Source: Psilocybe cubensis
Taxonomy: Eukaryota
Direction of reading: 5' to 3'
NCBI GenBank assembly: GCA_017499595.2
Contig: CM039001.1
Coordinates: 744,001 to 808,000, forward strand
Length of the DNA: 64,000 nt
A program made the translations under genes and the position numbers. The stretch's first letter is position 1. Each line of letters starts with the position of its first letter. The notes beneath the pieces were generated by a model that saw only the letters and a program-made list of their open reading frames with translations, ran no database searches and was not told the origin of the DNA. Shown here one piece after another: positions 16,268 to 28,791 of this stretch.

Positions 16268-16303
16268 ATGGTGTCAATCTGAGCAATGGTAGAAGATCAC
16301 GTG
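16268..16303. promoter_or_regulatory. Candidate sulfur-regulon sites upstream of MET16
   Basis: ATGGTGTCAA (9/10 match to the CYS-3-type ATGRYRYCAT) at 16268-16277 and TCACGTG (Cbf1-type E-box) at 16297-16303. Confidence 0.3.
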
Positions 16304-17233
16304 TACGTCTATTTTTAGGCGACCAACTCGAAAGTTGTACTCAAGAGCAACTCAAGAGGCCGTTGTCAACTTTTCATGAACACATATGTTTTAGTACTTG
16401 AATTACTCTCAGAGCTTGGAATCGGCACTAAATAAATGTAGAGTCAGATCATATACTGCCACAATGAGCATTGAAGAGCTAGACACACTTTCGTACATTG
16501 AACGTTACGTGCTGTCTGCCATCATTGCTCGGATATTGCTGGTGTGCAGCTAAATTTACGATGGTGTGATCCGATGCTTTTCCATTGCCAGGTACCCAGG
16601 TATGCTCCACTTTACGTAGTTTTGAAGTTGTCCATTTTCCAGAAATTGTACAAGATTTCCCCACTAAGACTAAATGGTTTGTAGATTGTTGGTTTAATCA
16701 GTTTTGAATTAGCCTACAAATTGTTGCCTTGAATATATTTAGATTTGCATTTTTTTATTCGTCTTGTTGATTGACGACCACCACCGATCTACACTGAGTT
16801 CGACACCTGAACACGCACTCGCTAAATTGAACGCTTAGACGCTAGAAGATCAAAACAATGCGCGCATGTGAGTAACCGGGCAGCCGCGTGCAGGGAATTC
16901 AGGGGTGCCGTGTTATGTCCGCAAAAGTGAGGCCAGAAACGCTCAACTGACTTGCTTATAACATTCTTGTCCCCCCTATTGCAGGCTATTGTATCCCTGC
17001 TGCATGCTGAGAGCCTGGGGGTTTCTCTCAGGAGTTCCGCTGATGCGCCAGTCATCCCAGGTCATACCCCACATTTCCTGCCATTATAGTACCCGAATCC
17101 CGATTTGATCATGGTCCGTAACCCCAGCATTTTTGTTTTGCATTTTTAGCTACTCTACCCTTCTTTCCCGGTCTCTGACTCTTTCGACGTTGTCGCGACT
17201 TCTGTGGCTCGTTTCCCGAATCCCGCCTTCGCC

Positions 17234-19577
17234 ATGCCGGACCCAAAGGCCAATGTCAGCAGCATTCCAATCTTCAGGATTGACTCCGTCCCGGGCTCGG
17301 AAGAGAGCAACACTAGAAACGGGACCGGTAGTATAACACCGGCAAGCATGCCTGCTACTCCAGGCGAGAGGTCCGACGACGAGGGCTTCCAATTCACCCC
17401 GAAGCGGGCGATGGCATCTTTTGAGAATTTGGTGGCCATGGCCAACCACCAAGAACGGTTGAAGGAGGCTAGAAAGATGGTGTGGAGAGATAGAGGCCAG
17501 CCGGTGGTGGAGCTTGATACTTTAGAGGCATGTTTAGCTCATGCTATGTCAGGGGGTATTAGTGAGTATCAACGATATTCTGACAATGAGGCTCTTGATT
17601 GACTTTATCTTTTCTTACTGGTATGTAGGGTCTGCAACGTTGGCATTTAACATTCGAGCGCTCCTCAACTTAGTGCTAGCGCTCATTCGCATTCACCGCG
17701 TACCAAGGTAGGCGGATACAATTGCAATCAAACCAACGCGTTCTCAGGCGGGATGAATGTAACTGCAGGGACTATCGCATTGCGATGATACGGCAAGCCG
17801 TGTTTGGGTCTGATACCTGGAGATTTGCAGCTATGCTTGGTGTGTCCTTTCTTTTACAGCTTTGTTGGCTATAAGTCTTACTCCTAAAATGATCAGGCTC
17901 TTTTACATCTTTATACAAGTTTCTTATTAATGCCCTCCCTATCCTCATCCCAGCCATTCGGCCCAAACAGTCAACTAGTGGCTCTGCTCTCGATGACGAG
18001 GATAATGAGCTCGACGTCGAGGCCCAGACCAGTCTGGAAGTCCCTCTAGAAAAGCGGAAAGGTCGCCTGTCGTTGACGAAACGTGCACAAATGGTCTTGA
18101 TCCGGAAGCAGACACGCAGATGGCACGCTGCACTTGCCGGAGCTGTTGCAGGTGGACTTGCCATTATGTGGGAAAAGAGAAGTAGGCGAGGGGTAATTGC
18201 CCAACAGTTGTTTGTGCGGTAAGCTCATAAGCCTGTTCAAATGCTTTTCAAGCTCACTTTTCTGCTTTTAGTGGGCTTCAGGGGAGTTATAACGCGTTTA
18301 CGACGAAGAGGGGGCTTCATGTACCGCATGGAGACGTTCTTGTGTTCTCACTTGCGTGTGTATCTCATCCTTCCATTTCCTATGGTTATTTCCTGGCTAA
18401 ATGGTCTCGAATAGCTGTGGACAGATTGTTTATGCATTTTTGTTGAGGCCAGACACTTTGCCTCGTTCGTACAGAAGCTGGTATGTTAATGACGTCACTC
18501 GTATGAGTTCTCGGCAAGCTTACAGGGTTTCTTTCCAAAACTGTAATAGGATGAGCCAAGCTTCAAAGGTCCCTGCTGAGTGTGTTCGTATGAACCATGA
18601 CATGGTACGCGAGGGGGTTTTCGACCTGAAAGATCTCGAACAACTAATCCGGCGACCCGTAAGTCGGCGAAGCCACTTTTTGCTTCCGTGATATGTTAAT
18701 ACCCCACATATCTACAGGACATCACGGCTGCAAACAAAGCGGACCTCCTTTCCCTGCGCACCCGATTTCTCAACCCCCTACTATCTGCTGACGGAGCTGT
18801 AGATTACTTCCCCCGCTATGGCCCGTGTTCAGCAGTTCATCCTGCACTTTCTTCGTGTTCGTCGGTCCCAGTTGACCGATTCTTCGCGGTGTTCAAGTGG
18901 ATGCTGCCTATCTATGGCGCGTTACATTTCTTCCCGGCGGTTCTATTTAAGCGCAAGTCGTTCGTGCAGGACCCTGGAAAGGTGTTGTTGAAGGCTACCC
19001 TTGGAAGTTTGCGGAGTTCAGCGTTTTTGGGCGCGTTCGTCGCGGTTTACCAAAGTGCGTTGTCCGTATTTCTGATTTAATCTTTTCGATGTTTATGTTT
19101 AATTTTTAGCCATTTATTGCTATAAGCACAAAATACACAAATTCCTCACCCTTCTGCGCAATGGAGCTATACCAGCTTCATTATTGACCTCTCCACTTGC
19201 CAAAATTCCACAATGGATCATTGACCTGCTCGTCTCGAAGGTTTCATTCTGGCTACCCGGATTCATTGGCGGCTTGGCCCTGTTTGTGGAAGAGAAGAGA
19301 AGACGCGGCGAGCTAGCTATGTATGTGCTGCCTAAGGGCTTAGAGAGTGCCTGGGTGATGGCCCGAGGCAAAGGGTATGTGTTCAGGACCGGGAAATGGG
19401 GTGAGACTCTGTTGACCGCTATTGGAATGGCGATGGTCATGGTAGGCAAACTTTTTGGAATCCCATTGATGATTAGACCACTGACATTTTTGGTTGCAGA
19501 GCACGTATCAAAACGACCCCCAGCATCTTTCTGGGTTGGTCCGAAGAGTGATGTATCAGTTCATTGGGCCGAACTAG
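17234..19577 (+). CDS. TMEM135-like (peroxisomal/mitochondrial) membrane protein
   Basis: WRFAAML, AALAGAVAGGLAIMWEKRSRR, CGQIVYAFLLRPDTLP, MLPIYGALHFFPA, SLRSSAFLGAFV, FVEEKRRRGELAMYVLPK, MYQFIGPN*; many GT-AG introns. Confidence 0.8.
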
Positions 19578-20021
19578 CGAATGGTACACGAAAACATCTT
19601 TTCGATGACGCGAGAACCAGATACGAAGCTCGCTAATAAACGCTTGTATACGACCTGGTGGTGCTCTATTCTGTTCAAACAAATATGCCAGGTGCTGGTG
19701 CACATGTAGGTATTTAGGGGGCGGGTTTGAATGTTAACATTTTTTCTGGATATTGTAGTGTAGATGTAGTAATATTCGGGTGGGATGAAAGACTGTATTA
19801 GAGTTCATGGTAGAAATAGGGCGATTGAAAGTTGTTTTTGCAGGGGTACTATATGCAAGATTAGATTAGATCGTGCGACACGATCAGGAGCCGAATTTCA
19901 ATACTCCTTCATTCTTACGCTCACCGCGGATTGCCCCCTTCAAGCTTCAGTCTCCTGAAACTCTCCAGTTACATCCAACCGTAAACTTTATTCTGTGAAA
20001 GTTCACATCTAGGACGCGAAA

Positions 20022-20974
20022 ATGGGCAAGAAACGAGCACAATCGCCACCCCGATCAGCTGCCCCTCCAACCGAGGGCGAAGCTGGATCTTCGTCCCAGC
20101 AGCCTGCAGAGCCTCCCAAAGAGCCTACACCTCCCGTTCAGGTCTTCTACTGTGCTAGTGCGTAATTTTTTGCGCATCTTAATTTGCGTTTGCACGACGT
20201 TGCGGGTTGGAAAGTGCAGAGTGTGTCTCTGTATTTGCCCTTTTGTTTAATATCATCTTTGGTCCATGATGCAACCGTTCTTTTTCGCAATTATGATTCT
20301 ATAGAAGAAAATCTGACGCATTATACCCTACCCAGTTTGCTCGTTCCCTCTGGAATACTGTGAATTTGGTTCAAGCCTTACGCGATGCAAAGAATGGCTC
20401 AAAGAGGAGCACGAAGACCTATACAACAAATATTACTCCGAGGGTGTGTTGTGTTCTCCATTCCGCTACTCAATGGCCCTCATGATATCACACCAGAGGC
20501 TTTACAAGCAAAGATCGGGACGCTCAGTCTGGAAGCACAATCCAAGCTCGAGAAAGACACGGCGAAGAAAGAGGCGAAGGCTGAAGCAAAGGCAGACGCT
20601 GCGCTGAAAAAGAAGATGGCTTCACAAGTATGCTTTGCCATACCATCCCTCGGGAACTGCTGATGATTTCGTGATACAATGCATAGGTGACGATCAAGCG
20701 GATCGAGCGCACGAAACGCAAGCACGTCACCGCCATTCACGGTCTCGAGGCCTTTTCAATTGATCTCAAGAAGGCGGCGAAGCAGCTTGCAGGTCGCTTC
20801 GCTACGGGGGCATCGGTGACAAAGAATGCACAGGGTCTCGACGAAATCGTCGTGCAAGGCGATGTGTCCGATGAAATCATGGAGATACTCGAAAAAGGCG
20901 AAGGAGTGTTAAAGGGTGTACCCATAGCCAACGTGGAGATTGTCGAGGATAAGAAAAAGAAAGCGGATGCCTAG
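20022..20974 (+). CDS. TMA22: Translation machinery-associated protein 22 (DENR, SUI1 domain)
   Basis: VFYCA|ICSFPLEYCEFG...CKEWL; VTIKRIERTKRKHVTAIHGLEAF...FATGASVTKNAQGLDEIVVQGDV. Confidence 0.93.
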
Positions 20975-21524
20975 AATGCATGGCTTGTCAAAATGTCAAA
21001 TGCGTGAGTGCTGGCGTTTCTACCAACCAAAATTTTACTAAGACTATACCAAAGCTGCTTTAGAAGGAGTTTCCTCATACCAGTTACCTATTGTATAATG
21101 AAGACGAACATTGTCGTTGAAAATATCATGACGAACAACACACGTTCTGGCACGTTCGTCGATACATCTTTAAAAAAAGAGATCTCTGTCCATGATCGAT
21201 GGACGGGACCTATGCATGTCTTGTCCGTGGTGCATTTTGCTCGGGACTTTAGTCGCCTTGTCCTAGGGACGGGATATCCTGTTAAAGTAGGGTCTGTAAA
21301 ACCAAGGTATACTTCGAGTCGCACAAAATTCAAGATCCGCATCCTTAGGCAACATCACTATCTTGGATATCAGGAGCCAGTTCACCATTAGTTACGTCTT
21401 TTCAGGAAAACAAGATGCCTCGGATTTAGATCATTTTCATAGTCCAAACTATCACTAATGGTTACATGTCAGCTTTCACCATTCACGATCAATCGTGTTT
21501 ACGAGTCACAGATATGGGAAGGCT

Positions 21525-23048
21525 CTAGATATACAACTCGAGCGAGCTACGGGAGTGTAGCCACGAAGTCCATCCAAATATAATATCCAATCGAAGGCCG
21601 CCTCGCACCAATTCTTCTAGCCTCTCCTTGACTCCGGGCGTGGTCATGCGATAATGATCGTAACGGTCTATGGGCGTGCCTCGGACATGGTATGACAGCA
21701 GTGGTTGTAGCATGCTCTCAGCAGCAGCAGACCCGCGTCGGATCTGAAGTGCTTCACATAACGCCTCGTCAAAACCATCTTCCAAATGCTCTATGCGTCC
21801 GCTGAACCGGAAATGCTGGAGTCTGGGGAGATAATACGTGTTAGAGTCTGGGATACATACCGCTAAAAGTGCGAGGAATAATCGGGAGACAGGGTGGCTT
21901 GAAGGTTTTGCGTGGATTTCAATGTCTTCGAGGGTGCTTATGTCACGGAGACATTCGACGATTACAGACTCGTCGTGCATGAAGATAAATTCGCTTAATA
22001 CCAGCCGCCGGAGTTGACAATTGGCATGTATGAGTAAAACGGGTATTGAGAGAAAGTCCAACTGATCCAAAGGAGAAATGATCTCTAGTGACTTCAACCT
22101 ACTCATCGTTTGCATATACCTGATCAGACGATGAGTGTCCTCCCATGGCGACACATGGATTGCGAGGCTTTCAAGACGACGAAGAGCAATATTGGGAGGA
22201 CTCGCCGGAGTGTGTGTTTTCACCGAAATATTTGAGAGATGCAAATGGCGCAAGTTGACAGCGTAATGGAGGGGGTGTACACAGTCGTTTTCTGCAGTTT
22301 TGGCCTGGATGGTGAGTGATAGAAGCTGATGCCATGGAACGTCGACATCAGTGAGGTAGTATTCCCTGAGGTTAACATCTTGGAGCAATGGAGCATGTTC
22401 CGGTAGAAAAAAGTCGAGTGGCTTTCGTAACTCTGGTTGGACATTGAAATCGGTCCAAAGGGGCTGTATTTTCAAGGTCCGTAGTTGAGGAAATCGTGGT
22501 TCGTGCTTTCTGCGTCTAGAAGCCGTTGCTACAAGTTCTTCGAATACTGTATACCAAGCCTCTGGAAGAACGAAGTCGATTGAAAACCAACGGTGGGAGG
22601 TATTCGCAAGCACTCTCAATAGGTCTGTGGGAATTTTACCAGCCCACGTTTGGTTCCATTCGTCCTGCAGTGCCAGAGTGATACTAAGTGGCGTTTCTTT
22701 GGAACGCTTCACTGAGGTTAAAAACGATGCCACTTGTTTCCTCACATTAAATGAGGCGCTCGGTGGAGGTATAGATATTGTAATGTGGCTCCATATCTTC
22801 GGCGTAGCTAGAATAACGGAGCGCCAGTATACACATACGCTGCCTAAGACGAAGGGAGTGGTTCGAACACGGTTTTTTCGAGATTTACGACCTCTATGGT
22901 TGATGGAATTCGGTATCGTTTCAGTATGGCATGATATGAGGAAGATCTCCGACAGAAGTTCGGGTGGAATTCGAGAGGTATCGAAAGCAGGAACCGTGCA
23001 TTCCGAATATGCAGCCTCCGGTGAATCAGACGCTTGAATCAAGTTGCC
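21525..23048 (-). CDS. F-box protein with degenerate LRR-like C-terminus (Agaricomycete expanded family); 5' end uncertain
   Basis: IPPELLSEIF...TPFVLGSVCVYWRSVILATPKIWSHITI, FPQLRTLKI, VPWHQLLSLTI, YLPRLQHFRFSG. Probable acceptor at ~23049. Confidence 0.85.
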   Translation of the reverse strand, partial: GNLIQASDSPEAAYSECTVPAFDTSRIPPELLSEIFLISCHTETIPNSINHRGRKSRKNRVRTTPFVLGSVCVYWRSVILATPKIWSHITISIPPPSASFNVRKQVASFLTSVKRSKETPLSITLALQDEWNQTWAGKIPTDLLRVLANTSHRWFSIDFVLPEAWYTVFEELVATASRRRKHEPRFPQLRTLKIQPLWTDFNVQPELRKPLDFFLPEHAPLLQDVNLREYYLTDVDVPWHQLLSLTIQAKTAENDCVHPLHYAVNLRHLHLSNISVKTHTPASPPNIALRRLESLAIHVSPWEDTHRLIRYMQTMSRLKSLEIISPLDQLDFLSIPVLLIHANCQLRRLVLSEFIFMHDESVIVECLRDISTLEDIEIHAKPSSHPVSRLFLALLAVCIPDSNTYYLPRLQHFRFSGRIEHLEDGFDEALCEALQIRRGSAAAESMLQPLLSYHVRGTPIDRYDHYRMTTPGVKERLEELVRGGLRLDIIFGWTSWLHSRSSLELYI

Positions 23049-23989
23049 TAAAAGTTATTCGGCTGATGCAAGAGTCGTTGGTAGGTTTTTGAGCGGCTTA
23101 TCTCTAATTATCACTTCCAGATATGCATTGTTTTTCTTCTTCTTTAAGGCAGTGTTAACTAGCCTTGAAATCTTGAGTTTGTGTCAGTTATTGATGTCCC
23201 AGTGAAGCTAAGTACTAATAGGGTGACCGCCCACCTTCTTGCGAAAGGAAACTTCAGTCGGCATTGACCTTCAGGAGGGAATGTCCTGTGAGAGAACGGA
23301 CAGTCACATAATATTCGGCCGCTGGAACCTCTCCGGGGCACTTTGCAATAATCCGACATGTGATGATGGTTGTAACTTGTGATGGTTTGAGTTTGAATGA
23401 TTGTGAGTCACAACTGATCCCTGACTAATGATGTGAACAGATGTGAATCACTTAACCTGGAGCTTACTGACATCGAGTTACTGAGGTATGTATAAAGCCA
23501 GCAAAGCTGAACATCTTAGACTTTATGCAAGGGCAAAAATGTCACTGGCATAACCTGTACCTCGATGGATGTCCGACAAACTCCACAGCCTGGAATGGGA
23601 ATCAACGGACTATGCCATTCAAGTTATGGGCGCTTGTCAATTTAGTAGCCCGTGTAAGGTACTCGTGAAGATGCGCCTTCGGCCGCATGACACCGGCTTG
23701 GCCCAATTCTTTCTGGGTCAAGGCTGTTAAATACTTATGGCTAGAAGATTTAACATTTAAGTAGAATGGAAAGCCTCGTTCAACTTACTTATCTTCTTCT
23801 TGATATTCAGTTATGTATATCGCAAAGCAATGACCTTCATAGAACAAGTACAAACATTGTAAGTACGACTACATCGGGGTCCGGGGCAAAGGTAACACAG
23901 CGATGGGCTTTCTCCATTATAAGACCACCTTACAGAAAATCAGTCCGAACGACACTCATGTTTATCAGGTCCACATCCTGGTTTGATCA

Positions 23990-26202
23990 TCACGTTGATA
24001 TCCTCGCTAGTTCAAGGGGCGGTGGTGGCTCCAGTTTTATAAAAGGGAACATCGTGCCATTGTATTCGACCAATTTTCTGCGCCCTTTCTTGTCGCAGAC
24101 TGAGCCCACCGTAGGATCCCACGTGTCAGGATCTTCGTAGTATTGAAAAATCAAGTCAGAATCGAGCCCCCCATCTGTTGGGCCGGAATTTACAAGAATG
24201 GATAACATTTCCAGACAGTTTGTCCGGAAATTAATGAAGTCTGGTTCGAAGGTTTGAAGTATCACTGAAAAGTCAAGGAGAACGACACATTCCACTTGGG
24301 CAGTGGGATGTGTGTACAGTACAAATTGGCGATCATGCCAATCCATCTGTGTTATGTCTCCAGCATCTAGAACACGGACAGCATGGCGACAACTTTGAAT
24401 CTGGTACAGCTATATTAGCTTCTCCGAAGGACCAACGATATCAATACGTACAACTTGGATCTGCTGAACAGAACTCAATTCATTTGCACGTTTGGAGTCC
24501 AGATGGTATCCGTCGATGTATTCCATGAGTAGCCCTTGAATGGCCACTCCGTTCGGTAGAATAAACTATTAGAATTATTAATCAGAGAAAAAGCCCATAC
24601 TATAACGATAAATGCTACCTGATGTTGCCCATAGAACCAAGGGATAACCGTTCCTTGTACAGGACGAAGTTTATTATAAACGATCGTCTCATTATCGGTA
24701 CAGTCTTCGGCGATGGATATTAACCCAAACCAAAGGGGAAAGGGATCCTCGTAGTCAATCAAATGATGTAAATCTTGGAATCGGTCGTCAAAAAGTTTTA
24801 AACAAAGCAAAGGTGAGGAGGATACAGGGTGCCCATCGATCGATGTGAGCCTGCAGCGGTAGACAGAGCAGAATCCCACTCTCTCCCCTTCCTCTAGCAC
24901 ACCGTCAATCTGAAGTGCGAACGACTTGCTTTGTGCCAATGCCTTGTCAAGACCGCCTTGAGCCAACGGTGACACACAGTAAATCATTTGGAGATGATTC
25001 TTAGTGTCCGAAGGCATCTCGGATGGATCAAACGGATACAAGGGGGACGGAACCTGCATAGCTGGATTGAAACGTTGATTTGTGGTCCCGTGAAGAATAT
25101 CTTTAGCACGTGTGACAAGTTCGGATTTACGTTGCAGCGCATGTTTATTCCATCGAAAAAACTGCAGAGCTCTGTTACGGTCCCGTAACAAAGTAGCGAG
25201 GTCAAAGTCAGAATTGCGATTACACGTAGCAATTAAGTGCTCATCTGAATGCAGAGGTTGGTCGGGGTTTTGAGGCGGACCCATCGGAAGAATGAAATTC
25301 TCATTCCATATGCCAGCGTCCAAATCCGGGCCATTCATAAAGCCAAACGGCGGCAATGCATCGAGCAAGCAAGCAGCTGCTAAAGTTCTCAATGCCGCCG
25401 GAATATGGGATGTTTCTACCTTGATAAAGATGTCTTTTCCTACAGAGATGTACCTACCTTTGCTCATAAAGAAAACTGCGATATCTTTGAAATTTGTTAC
25501 GATGACTGATGATGCAGAATCCGAGATCTTTGAAAACGCGAATTTGAGGCCGGCAGAGCACGTTTGTCCATCAGGTTCGAACAGTTCGTCTGGCTGTAAC
25601 ATGCATAATTTTTCGGTCTGAGGCATGTTGAGAAACTATGCCTGACTTACGACAAACAGAATATATGGAGGATAAACAGAGTAAACCTTGAACTCTTTGG
25701 TTGTAAAGGTGGCTCCAACAATGACTGCAAGAAAAAATTCAAATATGAGAAATGATTATTATATCACTCAAGGACAGCGGCTCACAATTTCCGAGTTCAA
25801 CTTTGACACATCCCATTGGATTACCTTGTAGCAATTCAGGGCTGTGAAGCGTATTTAATAACTTTGCAATTGGGCTTATGAGTGACTGCATATAGTCTCC
25901 TAGTGGGAGTCTGCGCGGCAATGAGCGTTTCCAATGCGCACAATTCAATATTGTGCATACCTAGATGTGTCCGAGGATTCCACTGGCCATTCAACAATTC
26001 GATGGCGATTGTATCCCACAGACTTATGAAGACTTTGAAGGCAATGGTAAAGCTTGCGATGAGCTGAAACATCCGCCTTCCAATGTTTGACGGAATGCGG
26101 CGGAGTGGACGGAAACGTAGTAAAAGGCGGTAACGAGTGTGGAGGCGCAGGAGGAAGTTGAGAAAAAACACAATCGACACGTTTAGCTTCGGTTGTCAAC
26201 AT
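23990..26202 (-). CDS. Atypical fungal protein-kinase-like protein (6 exons)
   Basis: Manual splicing joins ORF 25945..26247, 25739..25948, a short exon (~25651-25724), 24475..25626, a ~24454-24565 exon and 23990..24346 in frame. Motifs LCLKLFD, YNKLRPVQGTVIPWFYG, LLMEYIDG, TQMDWHDRQ, VLLDFS. Confidence 0.75.
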
Positions 26203-26278
26203 GACCATCCTACACGTTTGCGGTCGGCACAAAGTTGAACGCCACATTAAGAGTGGAAATACTGAGGTGGCAAGCCCA

Positions 26279-26962
26279 CACGTCGGGATTTTCCGAATGT
26301 AAAACTAACTTGTACGGAAGACTCGTATCTTGCACAGATAGTCCAAGTAGAACTCCAAGTAGAAATTTCTCTTACATTTTGAATAAAAGATGAACTTTAA
26401 AGTTGTCTTATACATTAAGTACCAGATCAAGGTGTCAGAATGAACTCCAGTTTGAGTGTAAATCAAACTGTAAGAAATGCTCGTATGTTAACTGGAAGAA
26501 AAAATACGAGAAGTTTTTCCAGTTAAACTGGAAGACACGCTGCAAGGTTATTAGTCAGGTAATGTAACGTAATTATCTACCCGGGTTAGCTGGAAATTAA
26601 TCTTATATGTTAATATCAGGGCCAAAATCAAAATATAAGACTGATTTCCAGCTAAATCGGGTAGGTAATTACGCTACATCATCTGACTAATAATTTTGCA
26701 GCGTGTCTTCCAGTTTAACTGGAAAAACTTCTCGTATTATTTCTTCCAGTTAACATACGAGCATTTCTTACAGTTTGATTTACAATCAAACTGGAGTTCA
26801 TTCTGACACCTTGATCTGGTACTTATTGTATAAGACAACTTTAAAGTTCATCTTTTATTCAAAATGTAAGAGAAATTTCTACTTGGAGTTCTACTTGGAC
26901 TATCTGTGCAAGATACGAGTCTTCCGTACAAGTTAGTTTTACATTCGGAAAATCCCGACGTG
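26279..26962. mobile_element. Non-autonomous foldback/MITE-like element, 684 bp, CACG termini, 3-bp TSD (CCA); CMC/EnSpm-like
   Basis: The whole element is a palindrome (cacgtcgggattttccgaatgt... / ...acattcggaaaatcccgacgtg). CCA occurs directly at both flanks (26276-26278 and 26963-26965). No coding capacity. Confidence 0.88.
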
Positions 26963-28485
26963 CCAGTGTGTGATCACTTAAAGTTATACAAGTCGTGGAC
27001 ATCGTGTGAAATATCGGCTATAACGGGAGATGAAAATTTTCGAATGCCGGTGTTTCTGTGGGAAAGCGTAAAATACCTTTGAACTCAGGCTCCTAAAACC
27101 TGACTCTCGTATCGAGAGGAGGCCTAATTATGTATGCGGGACGGATATGTAGTGGCTGAAATCAAAGATTAATTGATAGTAAGCAAACACAAATACAACA
27201 GCACAGAATAAGGAGGTCATATTAAGCAGAGATGCGACATTAAAGGAGTGACTGTTAGGGAGATGCCAGGTAGTGGTGTTTATCGAGCGATGCATGTGAC
27301 AGATTCACGGAAGCGGTAGATTGGAACTCCGACGGTTGTGGGCGCTAAATTACTGCCGGGTCAAATATGTCCAATGTAGTTGACCCATGAACAGAATCAA
27401 TGATGAATTCCTCCTTTCCGTGTACTTCACATCTATATATATGTACAAATCTTACATGTGGTAGAAAATTCTCACTTGTTATCTCGGTAATAATCAATGA
27501 TTATGTACAGAGATTTGCCTCTCGTCTGACCACAAGTCATCGCAGAAGGAGAATGAAGGATGCTCTTAAGAGCCCCTGCTTTCCCTTAGGGTATAGGAAA
27601 TGGATATGAATGAAGATGTGATACTCAATTCATACACTGATATACCCACAAGGTTTGTTCTAGTGTAAATTTTTCCATTGTCTTGTTTTATAAGCATTCG
27701 GTTTAAACTTTCCTTTGTATATAGACAATTCTGGTGCCAATCAAGGTCGGATCTGCGAGAGAACCTGACAATTACTGTTTATGCGGATGACCCACAGAGA
27801 AATTAGACGTGGACATGCCCATTGGTGTGCTTCACTGCTTTGATGACTATCAGATTTTATCATTTTGTACTCAAAGAAATATGGCTTCAGTGGTATATTT
27901 ACTGTGTTGCAGATCTATAAGAAATGTACTCATTGTAAGTTTTAGGCATACAAACAGAAGAAGGCAGAGTACAATGCAGCTGAAAGAGCAGAAGCAACCG
28001 TTGTAGAGAATACATAAGTCTTCTGTAGGTTTATATGATATGTTAGTTTTATAACCAGTATCACATTGCTTGTCAGAATGGCATACAAACAATGGGTGCA
28101 CCGATAGCTTTGTTCATTGGAGGTTTCGGACATGAGTGTTTCCAAAGTTGTCCTTGAGGCCTGTGTGCTTTAACGCGCTTATTGGAGAGATATGCAGACG
28201 TTTAGCTGCGGTTTTAATGAAATTTCATCAATTGAGAAAGAGTGGATTACTCCAGAGGTCCAAGATCACCGGTTTTTTCATTCGATTTGTCTAATTTGAG
28301 AGTGTACCATTTCAATTCACATACTTTTTGCATCCCTTCACAGGGTTACTTATACTGGGAACATAAATTTTTTGTTGTATATTTACACAGAAATTTTAAG
28401 CTGGGTCATCCAGAATAATACACAGGCGATACCCAGCATACTCATTCTCCCGAATCTTCATACAGACATTTGCATGCCCCCACTC

Positions 28486-28791
28486 CTAGGCATAGCAACA
28501 AAGGTACTTGTAGCCAGTCCAGCAGCAAGCGCCGTCTCCACAGCTTCCGCGACCTTGTTGGCTGTACCCAGTCGGGCAAAACCCAGCGCAGAACGGCGCG
28601 GTGCCGTCCCAGTAGCAGCCTGGAGGCGCAGGGCCGTCTTCCTCTGCTTGGTGTCCGGCGGGCAAGTTTTGGAGCAGGTATTTGAGCGCGCTGCTCTTGT
28701 CGTTAGTGCTAGCAGAAGCTGCCTTGGTGTTCTCAGCCGGGATGGCGATGGCGGAGGCGGCGAAGAGAGCGGCGAAGACGATGAATTTCAT
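28486..28791 (-). CDS. Small secreted Cys-rich peptide precursor 1 (8 Cys)
   Basis: Signal peptide MKFIVFAALFAASAIA, propeptide, then GCYWDGTAPFCAGFCPTGYSQQGRGSCGDGACCWTGYKYLCCYA. TATAAATA at 28921-28928 and a 5'UTR intron. Confidence 0.9.
   Translation of the reverse strand: MKFIVFAALFAASAIAIPAENTKAASASTNDKSSALKYLLQNLPAGHQAEEDGPAPPGCYWDGTAPFCAGFCPTGYSQQGRGSCGDGACCWTGYKYLCCYA

Noticed and set aside
25594..25626. ORF-track start MPQTEKL for the kinase-like gene
   Set aside because: It falls inside a GTAAGT...CAG intron (~25594-25650); upstream exons splice in frame.
27480..28270. Possible pseudogene or TE relic between the foldback and the duplication
   Set aside because: Only short protein-like stretches; no identifiable family or termini.
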